From: Candidatus Woesebacteria bacterium
Lineage (GTDB): Bacteria; Patescibacteriota; Microgenomatia; UBA1400; UBA1396
Reading direction: 5' to 3'
DNA length: 64,000 bases
Assembly: GCA_963749595.1 (NCBI GenBank)
Contig: CAVVNJ010000009.1
Coordinates: forward strand, 1,380 to 65,379
Shown here in pieces: positions 1 to 9,000 of this stretch (its first letter is position 1; each line of letters opens with the position of its first letter). The translations under genes were made by a program, and so were the position numbers. The notes under the pieces are model-generated. The model was not told the origin of the DNA, did not search any database, and saw nothing but the letters and a program-made list of their open reading frames with translations.

Positions 1-539
1 CAGGTGGTTTTGTGAAATGGCAAAAAGGTTCAAATAATGAAGACTCTTTCGCTTTCAGTCTGTATCCGGCGGATTATTGGAAACTACACGATTTTATTGT
101 CATTTTCGACCAAGGAAAAAAGAAAATACTTTCCTCTGAGGGTCATGAGTTAGCTGCAACCAGTCCCTTGTTGCCATCCAGGTTGGCTTATCTTCCCAAC
201 ATGACTCGGGAAATCGAACAGGCCTTGGTGGACAAAGACTTTACGAAGCTTGGCTCGATTACGGAAGCCGATACGATGAGCATGCATGCCATTATGCTGA
301 CTTCACAACAGGCCCTGTTGTACTGGGAACCAGAAACCGTGGTGCTGATGCGGCAGGTTTATGAGTGGCGCCAATCAGGTTTGGAAGTATATTTTACTAT
401 CGATGCTGGTTCGAGTGTGCATGTGATCTGCCAAGAGAATGATGCGCTCGAGTTGCAGGAGAAACTATCATTTTTTGCCGGAGCAAAACAGATTATTGTC
501 AATGTCCCCTCCGGAGGCACCCGGCTGAAGATCGGCTAG
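1..539 (+). CDS. mvaD: diphosphomevalonate decarboxylase, C-terminal part (5' end outside window)
   Basis: ORF is open to the window edge. GHMP-kinase C-terminal pattern (MHAIMLTSQQALLYWEPET, YFTIDAGSSVHV) is typical of MVD. Confidence 0.65.
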   Translation, partial: GGFVKWQKGSNNEDSFAFSLYPADYWKLHDFIVIFDQGKKKILSSEGHELAATSPLLPSRLAYLPNMTREIEQALVDKDFTKLGSITEADTMSMHAIMLTSQQALLYWEPETVVLMRQVYEWRQSGLEVYFTIDAGSSVHVICQENDALELQEKLSFFAGAKQIIVNVPSGGTRLKIG

Positions 540-560
540 AGAGCTGTTATCGGACTCACA

Positions 561-586
561 AAAAACCGCCTGGTGGCGGTTTCTTG
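561..586. terminator. hairpin terminator between convergent units
   Basis: AACCGCC-tggt-GGCGGTT stem flanked by an A-run upstream and a T-rich tail. Confidence 0.45.
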
Positions 587-682
587 ACTTGAACCACACC
601 TTCTTGCGAAGGCTGACTTGAGATTGGTGTCAAGTTACCATTTTCCGTCCAAGAAGTCAATATACGATATATATAAGACGGG

Positions 683-750
683 TGGATCTAGGGGGAATCG
701 AACCCCCGAGATTGTGGTTCTCAAGTCACATCTCCCACCACGGTAGACCC
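683..750 (-). tRNA. tRNA-like element (intact acceptor stem and T arm, truncated D region, 8-nt anticodon loop); possibly a degenerate tRNA
   Basis: Minus strand has GGGTCTA...GGGGG-TTCGATT-CCCCC-TAGATCC-A. It is only 68 nt and no canonical cloverleaf could be drawn by hand. Confidence 0.4.
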
Positions 751-805
751 ATGGCGTGAGGATAACAAATGATCCTTACCGAAAACTTACGGTTTTAAGA
801 AATAT

Positions 806-1345
806 TTATATCCCTAATCGGTTTTTTAGCCTGACCCAGGCCAATGGAAACCACGGCGCAAATTTGTGATCCGGTCGGGCTAGCTCGGCGTCAATTTCAT
901 CAGGAGTCCGCCAGTCCCAAGTCTCCACTTCATTTGGGTCCGGAATGGGGTTGGCATTGGTTTTACCAATCACGATGTGGTTAATCTCATTTTCCGACCA
1001 CTCTGGCGAATAGACCGCGTGGTACTCGTACTGAAAAACATATTCCAAATCCTGAGCCGTCAGTTCCAGCTCTTCGGTCAGCCGGCGGCGCGCCGCTTCG
1101 ATCGTGGTTTCGCCCGGTTTTTGGTGGCTGGAACAGGCTCCGTCCCAGTACAAAGGCCAGAGTGGCTTGAGGGGCGAGCGGCGCACCGCCAGGGTCTTGC
1201 CTTCATCATTGAACAAAAAGACCGTAAACGCTCGATGCAGTCGGCCCACGCCCCGGTGGGCGGTAACGATATCGGTTGATCCTGATTCGCGATCATGCCG
1301 GTCAATTAAAATTACGGGACGATTGTCGACCGGAGTAGCTGCCAT
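806..1345 (-). CDS. idi: isopentenyl-diphosphate delta-isomerase, type 1 (Nudix)
   Basis: Nudix/IDI-1 pattern (HRAFTVFLFN...WDGACSSH...EAARRRLTEELE). ATG at 1345 is preceded by AGGAGG. The longest ORF extends to 1360. Confidence 0.8.
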   Translation of the reverse strand: MAATPVDNRPVILIDRHDRESGSTDIVTAHRGVGRLHRAFTVFLFNDEGKTLAVRRSPLKPLWPLYWDGACSSHQKPGETTIEAARRRLTEELELTAQDLEYVFQYEYHAVYSPEWSENEINHIVIGKTNANPIPDPNEVETWDWRTPDEIDAELARPDHKFAPWFPLAWVRLKNRLGI

Positions 1346-1352
1346 AAACCTC

Positions 1353-3299
1353 CTATACACCCACTTGCGGCGCAGCCGTCTCGGTTTCCGTGGCCACGGT
1401 GGGTTGCTTGGCCTGGGCGGCTAATTGCTGCAAAGCAGAAGTAGTTTGCTGCACGTGTGCTGCTTGTTGGGCTCGCGCTTGCTGAATTTGCTCCAACTCT
1501 TCCGGATTAGTGGTGATCACGACGTGTTCTTCCGGCGAAGCAATAACTCGGATGGCAACGTGGTTTTGACCGGCAAAGAACAGGCCTTCACCAACGTCCG
1601 CCGCCAACAACAACCGCTGTTCGCCTTCAGAAAGATAGAAAGTTTCCGCCAAAATCGGAATGGCCGCCGACGACTGTTTGAGTAAGAGTTGAATCGAGGC
1701 GTTGGTGACGATGGCGCGCCCATAATCACTGTGCATGAAGTCTTCCACGTCCTGGGTGATGGTTGTGACGCCCAGGTAATATTTACGGGCGCGCTTGGCA
1801 ATCGAGTGCATGAACGAAGCGGTGTCCCCATACTTCATGAAATACCAGGCTTCATCGACGATTAACTGGCGGCGTTTCTTGGTTTTGCGGACCCGGGTCC
1901 AGATGAAGTCGAGGATGATGAACATTGCCACCGGACGCAGCTCGTCTTCCACATCCCGCACCGAAAAAGCGGTGAGCTGGTTGCGGATGTCGATGTTGGT
2001 GTGCTGGTCAAAAATACCGCGGAACGAACCCTTGATATATTTTTCAATCCGTACCGCCAGGTTTTGACCAGCGGCGTTTTCCATGCCGATCAGTGCTTTA
2101 TACAGGTCTTCCATCAACGGCGGTTCTTTGGTTTGGGTTTCCGGATCCGGCGTGATTCCTTTGGCTTTATACGCAGCCACCATTGCCCGGTCCAAAGTGG
2201 CTTCTTCTTCCGGCGTCATTTCACCAATCATTACTTTCAGCAGGGCGTGCAAGGAAATAATTTTTTGGCCGAGCTCGTTTTCCCCCTCCTCATATACCGC
2301 CGATAAATCGAAAGGATTGATTTTCGTTGGCGAGTTAAAGGAAAAGTTAATATATTCGCCGCCGACAAAATGACACATGTCTTCGTATTCGCGCTCGGGA
2401 TCCAGAATGATGATTTCCGTACCAAACATGGTTTGCCGCAGGGCCTCCAGTTTAATGGCGTAAGATTTACCTGCACCGGATTTGGCGAACACGACCATGT
2501 TGGCATTTTCCAGGCTATAGCGATCAAAAATGATCAACGAACCGTTGTGCTCGTTGATGCCGTAGACGATGCCTTTGTCCATGGTCAGCTCGGAGGAGGT
2601 AAAGGGAAAAGTGGTGGCCAGAGAAGTGGTATCCATGTTGCGAAGAATCTTTAGTTTGTCGACACCCATCGGCAGAGTAGTCTTGAAGCCTTCGTCCATC
2701 TGCAACGTGGCTTTTTTGGAAACCAGCAGCATCGAGCCTAGCAGCGACTGCAGCTGTTTGGTCATCTTTTCCATTTCGTCCAGATTGGGAGCGCTGAGTG
2801 TGACGTAAAGACCGAACTGATAAAAACGCTCGGCGCCTTTAGCCAGCTGTTCCTGCATGCTTTTGGCGTCTTCGAGCTTGATTTCGGTATCAATGTTGCT
2901 AATTTTTCCTGAGCGGATATCGGAGGCGATTTCCGCTTCCATTTCCGTAATTTTTCGCCGCAGATCGTGTAAAATTTCCTTGATGTCAACCGGCGTAATG
3001 TGCATGGCAATGTCTAGCGAGTAAGGAAAGTTGATGACCGGAGAAAGCCAGTTGGCCGGAACCATGCGCGGATAGCCGGCAATGAACAAAGTGCGCGTAA
3101 AGGTGGAGTTTATCTTTTGATAGGTGAAGTCAACCTCGATGCCCTCCGGAGCAATGATGTCCTGAATACTGACCAGTCCAGCGGAGAATTGCTGAATTTG
3201 TTGTTGAAGCGCTTGTTGGTGCAGCTGATCCGCCGCCGGGGCGGTTGCCACCGCTGATTTAGCGCCAAAGGGTAGTTTGAGGTTGCCAAAAAGTGCCAT
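1353..3299 (-). CDS. virB4: VirB4/TrbE-family type IV secretion ATPase
   Basis: Walker A FAKSGAGKSY, Walker B LIVDEAWYF, and a VirB4-like N-terminal domain. 648 aa. Confidence 0.85.
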   Translation of the reverse strand: MALFGNLKLPFGAKSAVATAPAADQLHQQALQQQIQQFSAGLVSIQDIIAPEGIEVDFTYQKINSTFTRTLFIAGYPRMVPANWLSPVINFPYSLDIAMHITPVDIKEILHDLRRKITEMEAEIASDIRSGKISNIDTEIKLEDAKSMQEQLAKGAERFYQFGLYVTLSAPNLDEMEKMTKQLQSLLGSMLLVSKKATLQMDEGFKTTLPMGVDKLKILRNMDTTSLATTFPFTSSELTMDKGIVYGINEHNGSLIIFDRYSLENANMVVFAKSGAGKSYAIKLEALRQTMFGTEIIILDPEREYEDMCHFVGGEYINFSFNSPTKINPFDLSAVYEEGENELGQKIISLHALLKVMIGEMTPEEEATLDRAMVAAYKAKGITPDPETQTKEPPLMEDLYKALIGMENAAGQNLAVRIEKYIKGSFRGIFDQHTNIDIRNQLTAFSVRDVEDELRPVAMFIILDFIWTRVRKTKKRRQLIVDEAWYFMKYGDTASFMHSIAKRARKYYLGVTTITQDVEDFMHSDYGRAIVTNASIQLLLKQSSAAIPILAETFYLSEGEQRLLLAADVGEGLFFAGQNHVAIRVIASPEEHVVITTNPEELEQIQQARAQQAAHVQQTTSALQQLAAQAKQPTVATETETAAPQVGV

Positions 3300-3300
3300 A

Positions 3301-4161
3301 TTAGCGTGGTCCTGTGGTAATGGGAGTTATAGTAGCGGCGGGTTCGGTGGGAATCACCGGCGCGGTCGGCGGAGGAGCGCTGGCAGTTGACTCTGTAATT
3401 GGGGGAATCGGGGTGGTAATTGGTGCTGAGGCGGCCGCAGGTGCAGGAGGCGGGGCTAAGGGAGTGGCCATTCCTTGGGCAGAAATTACGGCGGTGGAAT
3501 ATTCGCGAGTGTCCACTACTTTTGCTCCCTCCGAAGCCTGGGGATTGTAGGTCACGTAAAACAAGTAGATTAAATCCTTGGTTCCCAAAACCCTGGCCCG
3601 CAAGCCTAGCCGGGCGCATTGGTTGATCATGTGATCTCGGCGGGGAACCAAGACAGTCGTTGATTTCTCGATAACGTAGCGCTTGTCAATATTTGGCGTT
3701 GCCCTTTTTGGGGTCACGGCGGATAGTGGATTGGCGGCCGAAGCCAGACCCAGTTCCAGGGCGGATAGGGGCAGTACAACATAGAAAGTTTTGTCGAGCA
3801 CATTTTGTTCGGTAATCAGGTTTGCCACGAATTGACGATAAGCGGCGATTTGCTGGCGGCGCAGTTCGTTGGGGGCGTGAGTTAGTTGTTCGTCGATATA
3901 GCGGAGATAGTTGGTTACGTCCTTGGGCTTGGATTTGATCAGGATTTGAATCGGGAAAGAGAGAGAATTGATCATGGCCGCGTAGGCATAGATGATGGCG
4001 TCTTGTTCCGGTTCGGACAGCAAGCCGAAGTTAATGGCGCTAACCTGCAGGACCATTGAGCTGGAACCATCTTTCAGGATTACCAGGTCGTTAGTGATGT
4101 CCAGAATATCGAGATAAGTCTGGGTAGTGGAAGACAGGTGGACACCCGTGTCTTTGGCCAT
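3301..4161 (-). CDS. hypothetical T4SS-associated protein resembling the N-terminal non-ATPase region of Gram-positive VirB4-type proteins, with a Pro/Thr/Ala-rich tail
   Basis: Tightly coupled to virB4. N-terminus reads LDILDITNDLVILKDGSSSMVLQVSAINFGLLSEPEQ. Confidence 0.6.
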   Translation of the reverse strand: MAKDTGVHLSSTTQTYLDILDITNDLVILKDGSSSMVLQVSAINFGLLSEPEQDAIIYAYAAMINSLSFPIQILIKSKPKDVTNYLRYIDEQLTHAPNELRRQQIAAYRQFVANLITEQNVLDKTFYVVLPLSALELGLASAANPLSAVTPKRATPNIDKRYVIEKSTTVLVPRRDHMINQCARLGLRARVLGTKDLIYLFYVTYNPQASEGAKVVDTREYSTAVISAQGMATPLAPPPAPAAASAPITTPIPPITESTASAPPPTAPVIPTEPAATITPITTGPR

Positions 4162-4175
4162 ATGCTAGTAGTATA

Positions 4176-5393
4176 TTAGCCGGAGGCGGTGATGTCGACC
4201 GGGTCTAGAATTGTGCCTGTGCTGGAAAAGGCGTAAATAGGAAAGGTCAGCCCCTCTTTTTCGGTGTGAATAGTGTACTCGCCGTCTTTGAGCGGCGAAG
4301 ACATATAGAACTGGCCGAGGTTATTGGTTTTCATCGCCCGGACTGTTGTATTACCTTGATCAATCACCTCGACGATCGCGCCCGGAGCAATATGGCGTTC
4401 ATGATCGTGAACCATGCCGATCAATAGATTTGGTTTCTCCGAGCTGGCTGGGAAAGGTAGATCCTTGCTGAAGACAACCGGGATGATTTTTTCGCCATGA
4501 CTGATTTTTTCTTCTGTTCCAGCCTCAAGATAAGGAGCAGCCGCGATGGCGGTTAACCCCTCTTCGGAAGGTTCAGCAACCGAGGTGGCCAGCGGAGTAG
4601 GGGTAGTTGACTCAACGACAATTTTTTCCATTGGGACCACAACGGCAGTGGCGGTGCGGGGCGCTGGAACCGAGACTTCGACTTCCTCAGGGGGTAGAGG
4701 TGCCTGATCAACCCGAGGAGCGGCAGGCAAAACATTAGTGGTGGTCCCGGGAGCCGCGGCCGCAAAGATAGAAATGGCGGAGGGAGCGTTGGCCATGGTA
4801 GCGATGGTAGCTTTTTCAACTTTTTGGCGGAGCGGCCGCGGCCTGGCCTGGAGGGCAGGTTTGCGCAGAAGTTGGGTTTTACCCGGTACCACGTTGCTGG
4901 CGGCCTCCACTTGCCCGAACAAAGCTCCAATGGCGGCACTTTGCCGGAAGAGGTCTAACTGGTCAACCGGAGCGGCGATTTGTTCCGGAGTGAGGCTGGA
5001 TAAGAATTCCTTGACCTGAGTAGTGCGGTAAGGGGTGAGATCAGGGCGTTGTGATTCGGCCATTACGCCAGGAGAGGGAACAAAAGTGAAGAAGTCGGGT
5101 ACCCGGGCAATCCGTCGCCAGTAAAACTTGGTGGGGCGGTACATGGCTTTCAGAAAATTAAGCAGCCATTGGTCTAGGGAGCGCTCTTCATAGGGCAGGA
5201 AAGCCAAAGCAATGCCGACAATCACGGACAACACAATGATCGGCCACTTGATGAAGGTTGGTAAATTGGTGCTGTAAATTAGGAAACCAACCACGCCGCC
5301 GGCGCCCAACAAAACGAACTGCTTGATCGTCATGTTGCCGATTAGGCGAAATTCGTAGGCGGTGATGTTTTGCGGTACTGGGTGTTCAATCAT
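4176..5393 (-). CDS. PrgI/VirB3-like membrane protein with a C-terminal carboxypeptidase-regulatory-like beta domain
   Basis: N-terminus YEFRLIGNMTIKQF followed by two TM helices (PrgI-like). C-terminus NLGQFYMSSPLKDGEYTI. Confidence 0.55.
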   Translation of the reverse strand: MIEHPVPQNITAYEFRLIGNMTIKQFVLLGAGGVVGFLIYSTNLPTFIKWPIIVLSVIVGIALAFLPYEERSLDQWLLNFLKAMYRPTKFYWRRIARVPDFFTFVPSPGVMAESQRPDLTPYRTTQVKEFLSSLTPEQIAAPVDQLDLFRQSAAIGALFGQVEAASNVVPGKTQLLRKPALQARPRPLRQKVEKATIATMANAPSAISIFAAAAPGTTTNVLPAAPRVDQAPLPPEEVEVSVPAPRTATAVVVPMEKIVVESTTPTPLATSVAEPSEEGLTAIAAAPYLEAGTEEKISHGEKIIPVVFSKDLPFPASSEKPNLLIGMVHDHERHIAPGAIVEVIDQGNTTVRAMKTNNLGQFYMSSPLKDGEYTIHTEKEGLTFPIYAFSSTGTILDPVDITASG

Positions 5394-5411
5394 GGATTTA
5401 CTCTTTGTTCA

Positions 5412-6086
5412 TTATGGCAGATCGCTGGCAAAGACGATCTCGATCTCTGCCGGAACGCCGACTGTTTTCAGCAATTCTCGTTCAGTCTGAATAATTTTTT
5501 GCTTCTCAGAAAGGCTGAAAACCCGATTGGTACCGATGACAATTTTATTGATATCATCGTGATAATAGAGGGTATAGCTTTCTCTTTTTAGGGGAAAAGC
5601 TTGAGCGAAAGGATTGTCCTGATAAAACTTTTCCACGGTTCGAGAAAATTTTACGTCCAATTGACTTTGCAACCCTAGCGCTTGTTCTGGTGAAAGGTCG
5701 TCGAATGAGGCGGTAGACCAATTTAGTTTTCGTTCATAGCGCTCGCAGGTAATCTGCAGCTCGACTTTTGTTTCCAGCGGCCAGTAAGTTTTGGGCGTGA
5801 CACTAATAATGTTTTCGCTTGTCCGCTCGGTAATAATTTCCTGATCACCACTAGACACTTGGCAACCGTACAAATTCGGATCGCTATCGAAATTGAGTCT
5901 TACCGCGTCAAGGGGAAAGAGTTTTTTTTCAGCGGTTGGCGTGAAAGAAAGTAGTCTGATTGGTGGACGTGGCAGAACGGCCCGGATGAATAGGGTGAGG
6001 ATTAATAATCCGGCGGCCAAAACTACCAAAGCCGCCAGCCAATTTTGGTTGATCCACCGAAGCCAAAGATATAATTTCTCGCGCAT
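5412..6086 (-). CDS. membrane-anchored hypothetical protein (T4SS-like operon)
   Basis: N-terminal TM helix; operon context. Confidence 0.6.
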   Translation of the reverse strand: MREKLYLWLRWINQNWLAALVVLAAGLLILTLFIRAVLPRPPIRLLSFTPTAEKKLFPLDAVRLNFDSDPNLYGCQVSSGDQEIITERTSENIISVTPKTYWPLETKVELQITCERYERKLNWSTASFDDLSPEQALGLQSQLDVKFSRTVEKFYQDNPFAQAFPLKRESYTLYYHDDINKIVIGTNRVFSLSEKQKIIQTERELLKTVGVPAEIEIVFASDLP

Positions 6087-6094
6087 ATCTTCCT

Positions 6095-9000
6095 TTATAG
6101 TAGTACCTCTGGGGCAGCGGCGCCACCCGGTGAGGGGGAGGGTGAAGCACCGCTAGAACAGGCTCCACCCAATTCCTTGGGCGGCAAACCGAAGTAATCG
6201 ATCGTGATGTCGCCCGACATTTGGGTACGTAGCACCTCGCCGTCGCGAATGTTGTAGTTAACTTGCGTGCGGAAGTTATTGGAGTCACAAGTGGTAAAGG
6301 TGCCGGTACCGTCGCTGTTCAGGTCGATATTACAGGCGATGGCCACATGATCGTCGCCAGACTCAGGATTTTCTACACCAATGAAAACGGCTGAACCCAG
6401 GGGAATTTCCTCAGCGTCCAGATTTTCGTTCTTAATTACTTCATTAACCTTGGTTGGCCACTCTCCTCTCATGCCATGTACACTAAGATTGGTGGAAACT
6501 GGTAAAGAGTTTTCCTGGTAAGTTTTTACTACCAACCACGTGCACCAAAAGAGGTCAGCACCGTTTCTCTCCCGACCTCTTTTCTTAAGAGCGACAAAGT
6601 AATCCGGTTCCGCATAGCCCAAAATCGACTCGCCGGTTTTCGGGGTATAGGAGTTGTAGAGCTCAAAATCGAATAGTTCCGGCCAGTTAGGATGGTAATT
6701 GTAGTATTTCCACCACCGTTGCTCTAGACCGTTAGAGATCTCGATTGCCGTTTTTGCGATTCGATCATTGCCTTCAAAACAAAACGAACGTTTTGGTCCC
6801 CCGGCGCCCTCGCCAATGGCACCCAGAGGCAAATCATTGAGCGAGCCTCCGATGACGCTAAAAACTATGAAAGTCATGAAAACGGCAAAAGCCATGGGTC
6901 CAAAAACCGCGCCAAAAACCACGGCGGTCGGAGCGGCCGCTGAAACGGTGCCGGTCAGGAATGAGTTGGTCGCATCAAAAGAGGCGAGCAAAGTTGAATT
7001 AGCGGTATTAGTCGCGGCGGGCACGATCTGGCTGGTCGCAATTTTTCCAGTGGTGGCGGCGTTGGCGCCCACTTCTTTGCCTATGGCCGCGGCCGTGGAG
7101 CCACCGGTAATCGCCCCGGAGGCACCCCCGGTGATGCCATTAACAACGCCACCAAAGAAATTGGAAAGATTATTAGCCGCGCCAGCGGCAAAGTTGTACG
7201 CGGCGGCGGCGGCGTCCGCGATAGCCCTAGCGGCTTCCAGAACTTTCAACCAAAAAAGAACGGTTGGCGCCATTAGCAACGCGCCGCCGCCAATAAGATA
7301 GGGCATCAAACGCCTGGCCTCAGCAATCAAGGCCTCCCTAGCCTGAGCATCAGTCAGGAATTTTTTTAAGAGCATGGCTGGGTTACCACCACTCGCAATC
7401 AGGGCCATTAGTAAGGCGGCGCGTTGTTGGGCCACCTTCGAATCGGCGGCTTTCTGTTGTTGTTTGGCAAAATTACCATAGTTTTGACCCTGCATTTGGG
7501 CCATCTGAGCCTGTTGTTGGGGGGACAGATTGGCGCCGCCGGGAACTGGATGGCCGGCGTCGTCATAACCCGCCACCATTCCGTCCGCCAGCATAGCAAG
7601 AGTTTGCCGCGGATCGGCATAAAATTGCTGCATGACGAGAGCGATGTTGGCGTTCGGATTCTTCTCAAAAGCAAAGGAAATCACCGCCTCCATCAAGAAA
7701 GTTTCTCGGGTATGGACGGTGGCTTCCTGCTCGGTTACCTGTTCCACTTTGGCGACATTCAAGCTGGCGCCCCCGGGAGAAACAAAGCTGTTGGCAAAGA
7801 TTTTTCCACCGGCGGTTTGGCGGGCCTGGTTGATCTTATCCTGCAGAATTTGGGTGGCCTTTTGTTGGCGAGCCAGCAAAGTATGAATCTCCGCCAACTC
7901 GCTGGCGGTGAAGAGAAAATCAGTTTCGGCAGGATAATTCTTTACCATCAGCCGGAAGATTCTCGCTAACTCCTGCAACTCGCTAGCGTTTAGTCCCTCC
8001 TTGCCGTTGAGCTGAGCGAAGACCCGCTGGTCGTTAGCCGACAACTTGGGGAATTCATTTTTGAGCAGGTAGGTGATGATTTTATTGCGGTCACCGCTGC
8101 TGAAGGCGTCGGCCGCCAAGCCAGCATCGGTTTCTAAAAATTGTTTGCCGGTTAAAATTTCCTTAATTGTGTTCCGGCGCTGTTCTTGGGTTAGTAGATT
8201 GGCCTTTTGCGCCACCAAGGCTAGTTGTTCAAAGGTTTTTAGCTCGAGGTTTTCAAAAAGACCCTCGATTTCCGCGATCGAGTACCCAGCGCTGGACATG
8301 GTTTGGAGAAATTCGTCTCGCGCCTCTCGTGAGATTTTCGAAGGAGCGACTTGTTTTTCCACCGAGATCCGGTCGAGATTTTTCTGAACCACTTCCGTCC
8401 AGATCGTGGCCATATCAGAGAATTTCAGATCCCGGGCCAAACCGCCGCGCTGAAGGAATTCCAACCAGATTTGTTGAGCTACCGTTTCGCGATTGCGGGC
8501 AATGATCTCGTCGATTTCTTTGGGCGAAATTTTTTGTTTCAACAGGGCGGCGCGTAGTTCTTCTAGTCCCAAAGAAACCATGGTTTGTTGAACGTGGACG
8601 AGCTCGCTGATGGTCTTGCGCGCCTCCGGCTCCGTCAATTCCGGACCGGTCGGAACCGGTGTTACCAGTGCTCCGGGTGGGGTGACGGCCGGAGTTGGGG
8701 CGGCGCGAGCGGCTTCCTCGGTTGGCAGGAAGCGCTTGGCTGTCTCAGCTACGCTGGTCACTAGCCGGTCGACGAAATTACCCAGCTGATCGTAAGAAAT
8801 AGCGGCATTTTCTTCCCGGGAATCAAGATCTAGGTCAATGACGGCCTCTAAGTCGCCAATATTGTAAAGTTGGGCCCGCTCATAAACGATGTCCAAATTC
8901 TTGGCCGCATCGGCCAATTCCTGTAGCGCATCGTTGCGCGTGGTGAAGTCGGGGATTCCGGCCAGTTGGGCGAAGAGCGGCTTAAGCCGGGACTTGGCGC

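Noticed and set aside
683-750. The tRNA-like 3' end with G3:U70 could be the tRNA-like domain of a tmRNA.
   Set aside because: The complementary 5' acceptor strand lies only about 60 nt upstream. That leaves no room for an mRNA-like domain or pseudoknots, and the idi coding region begins immediately beyond it.
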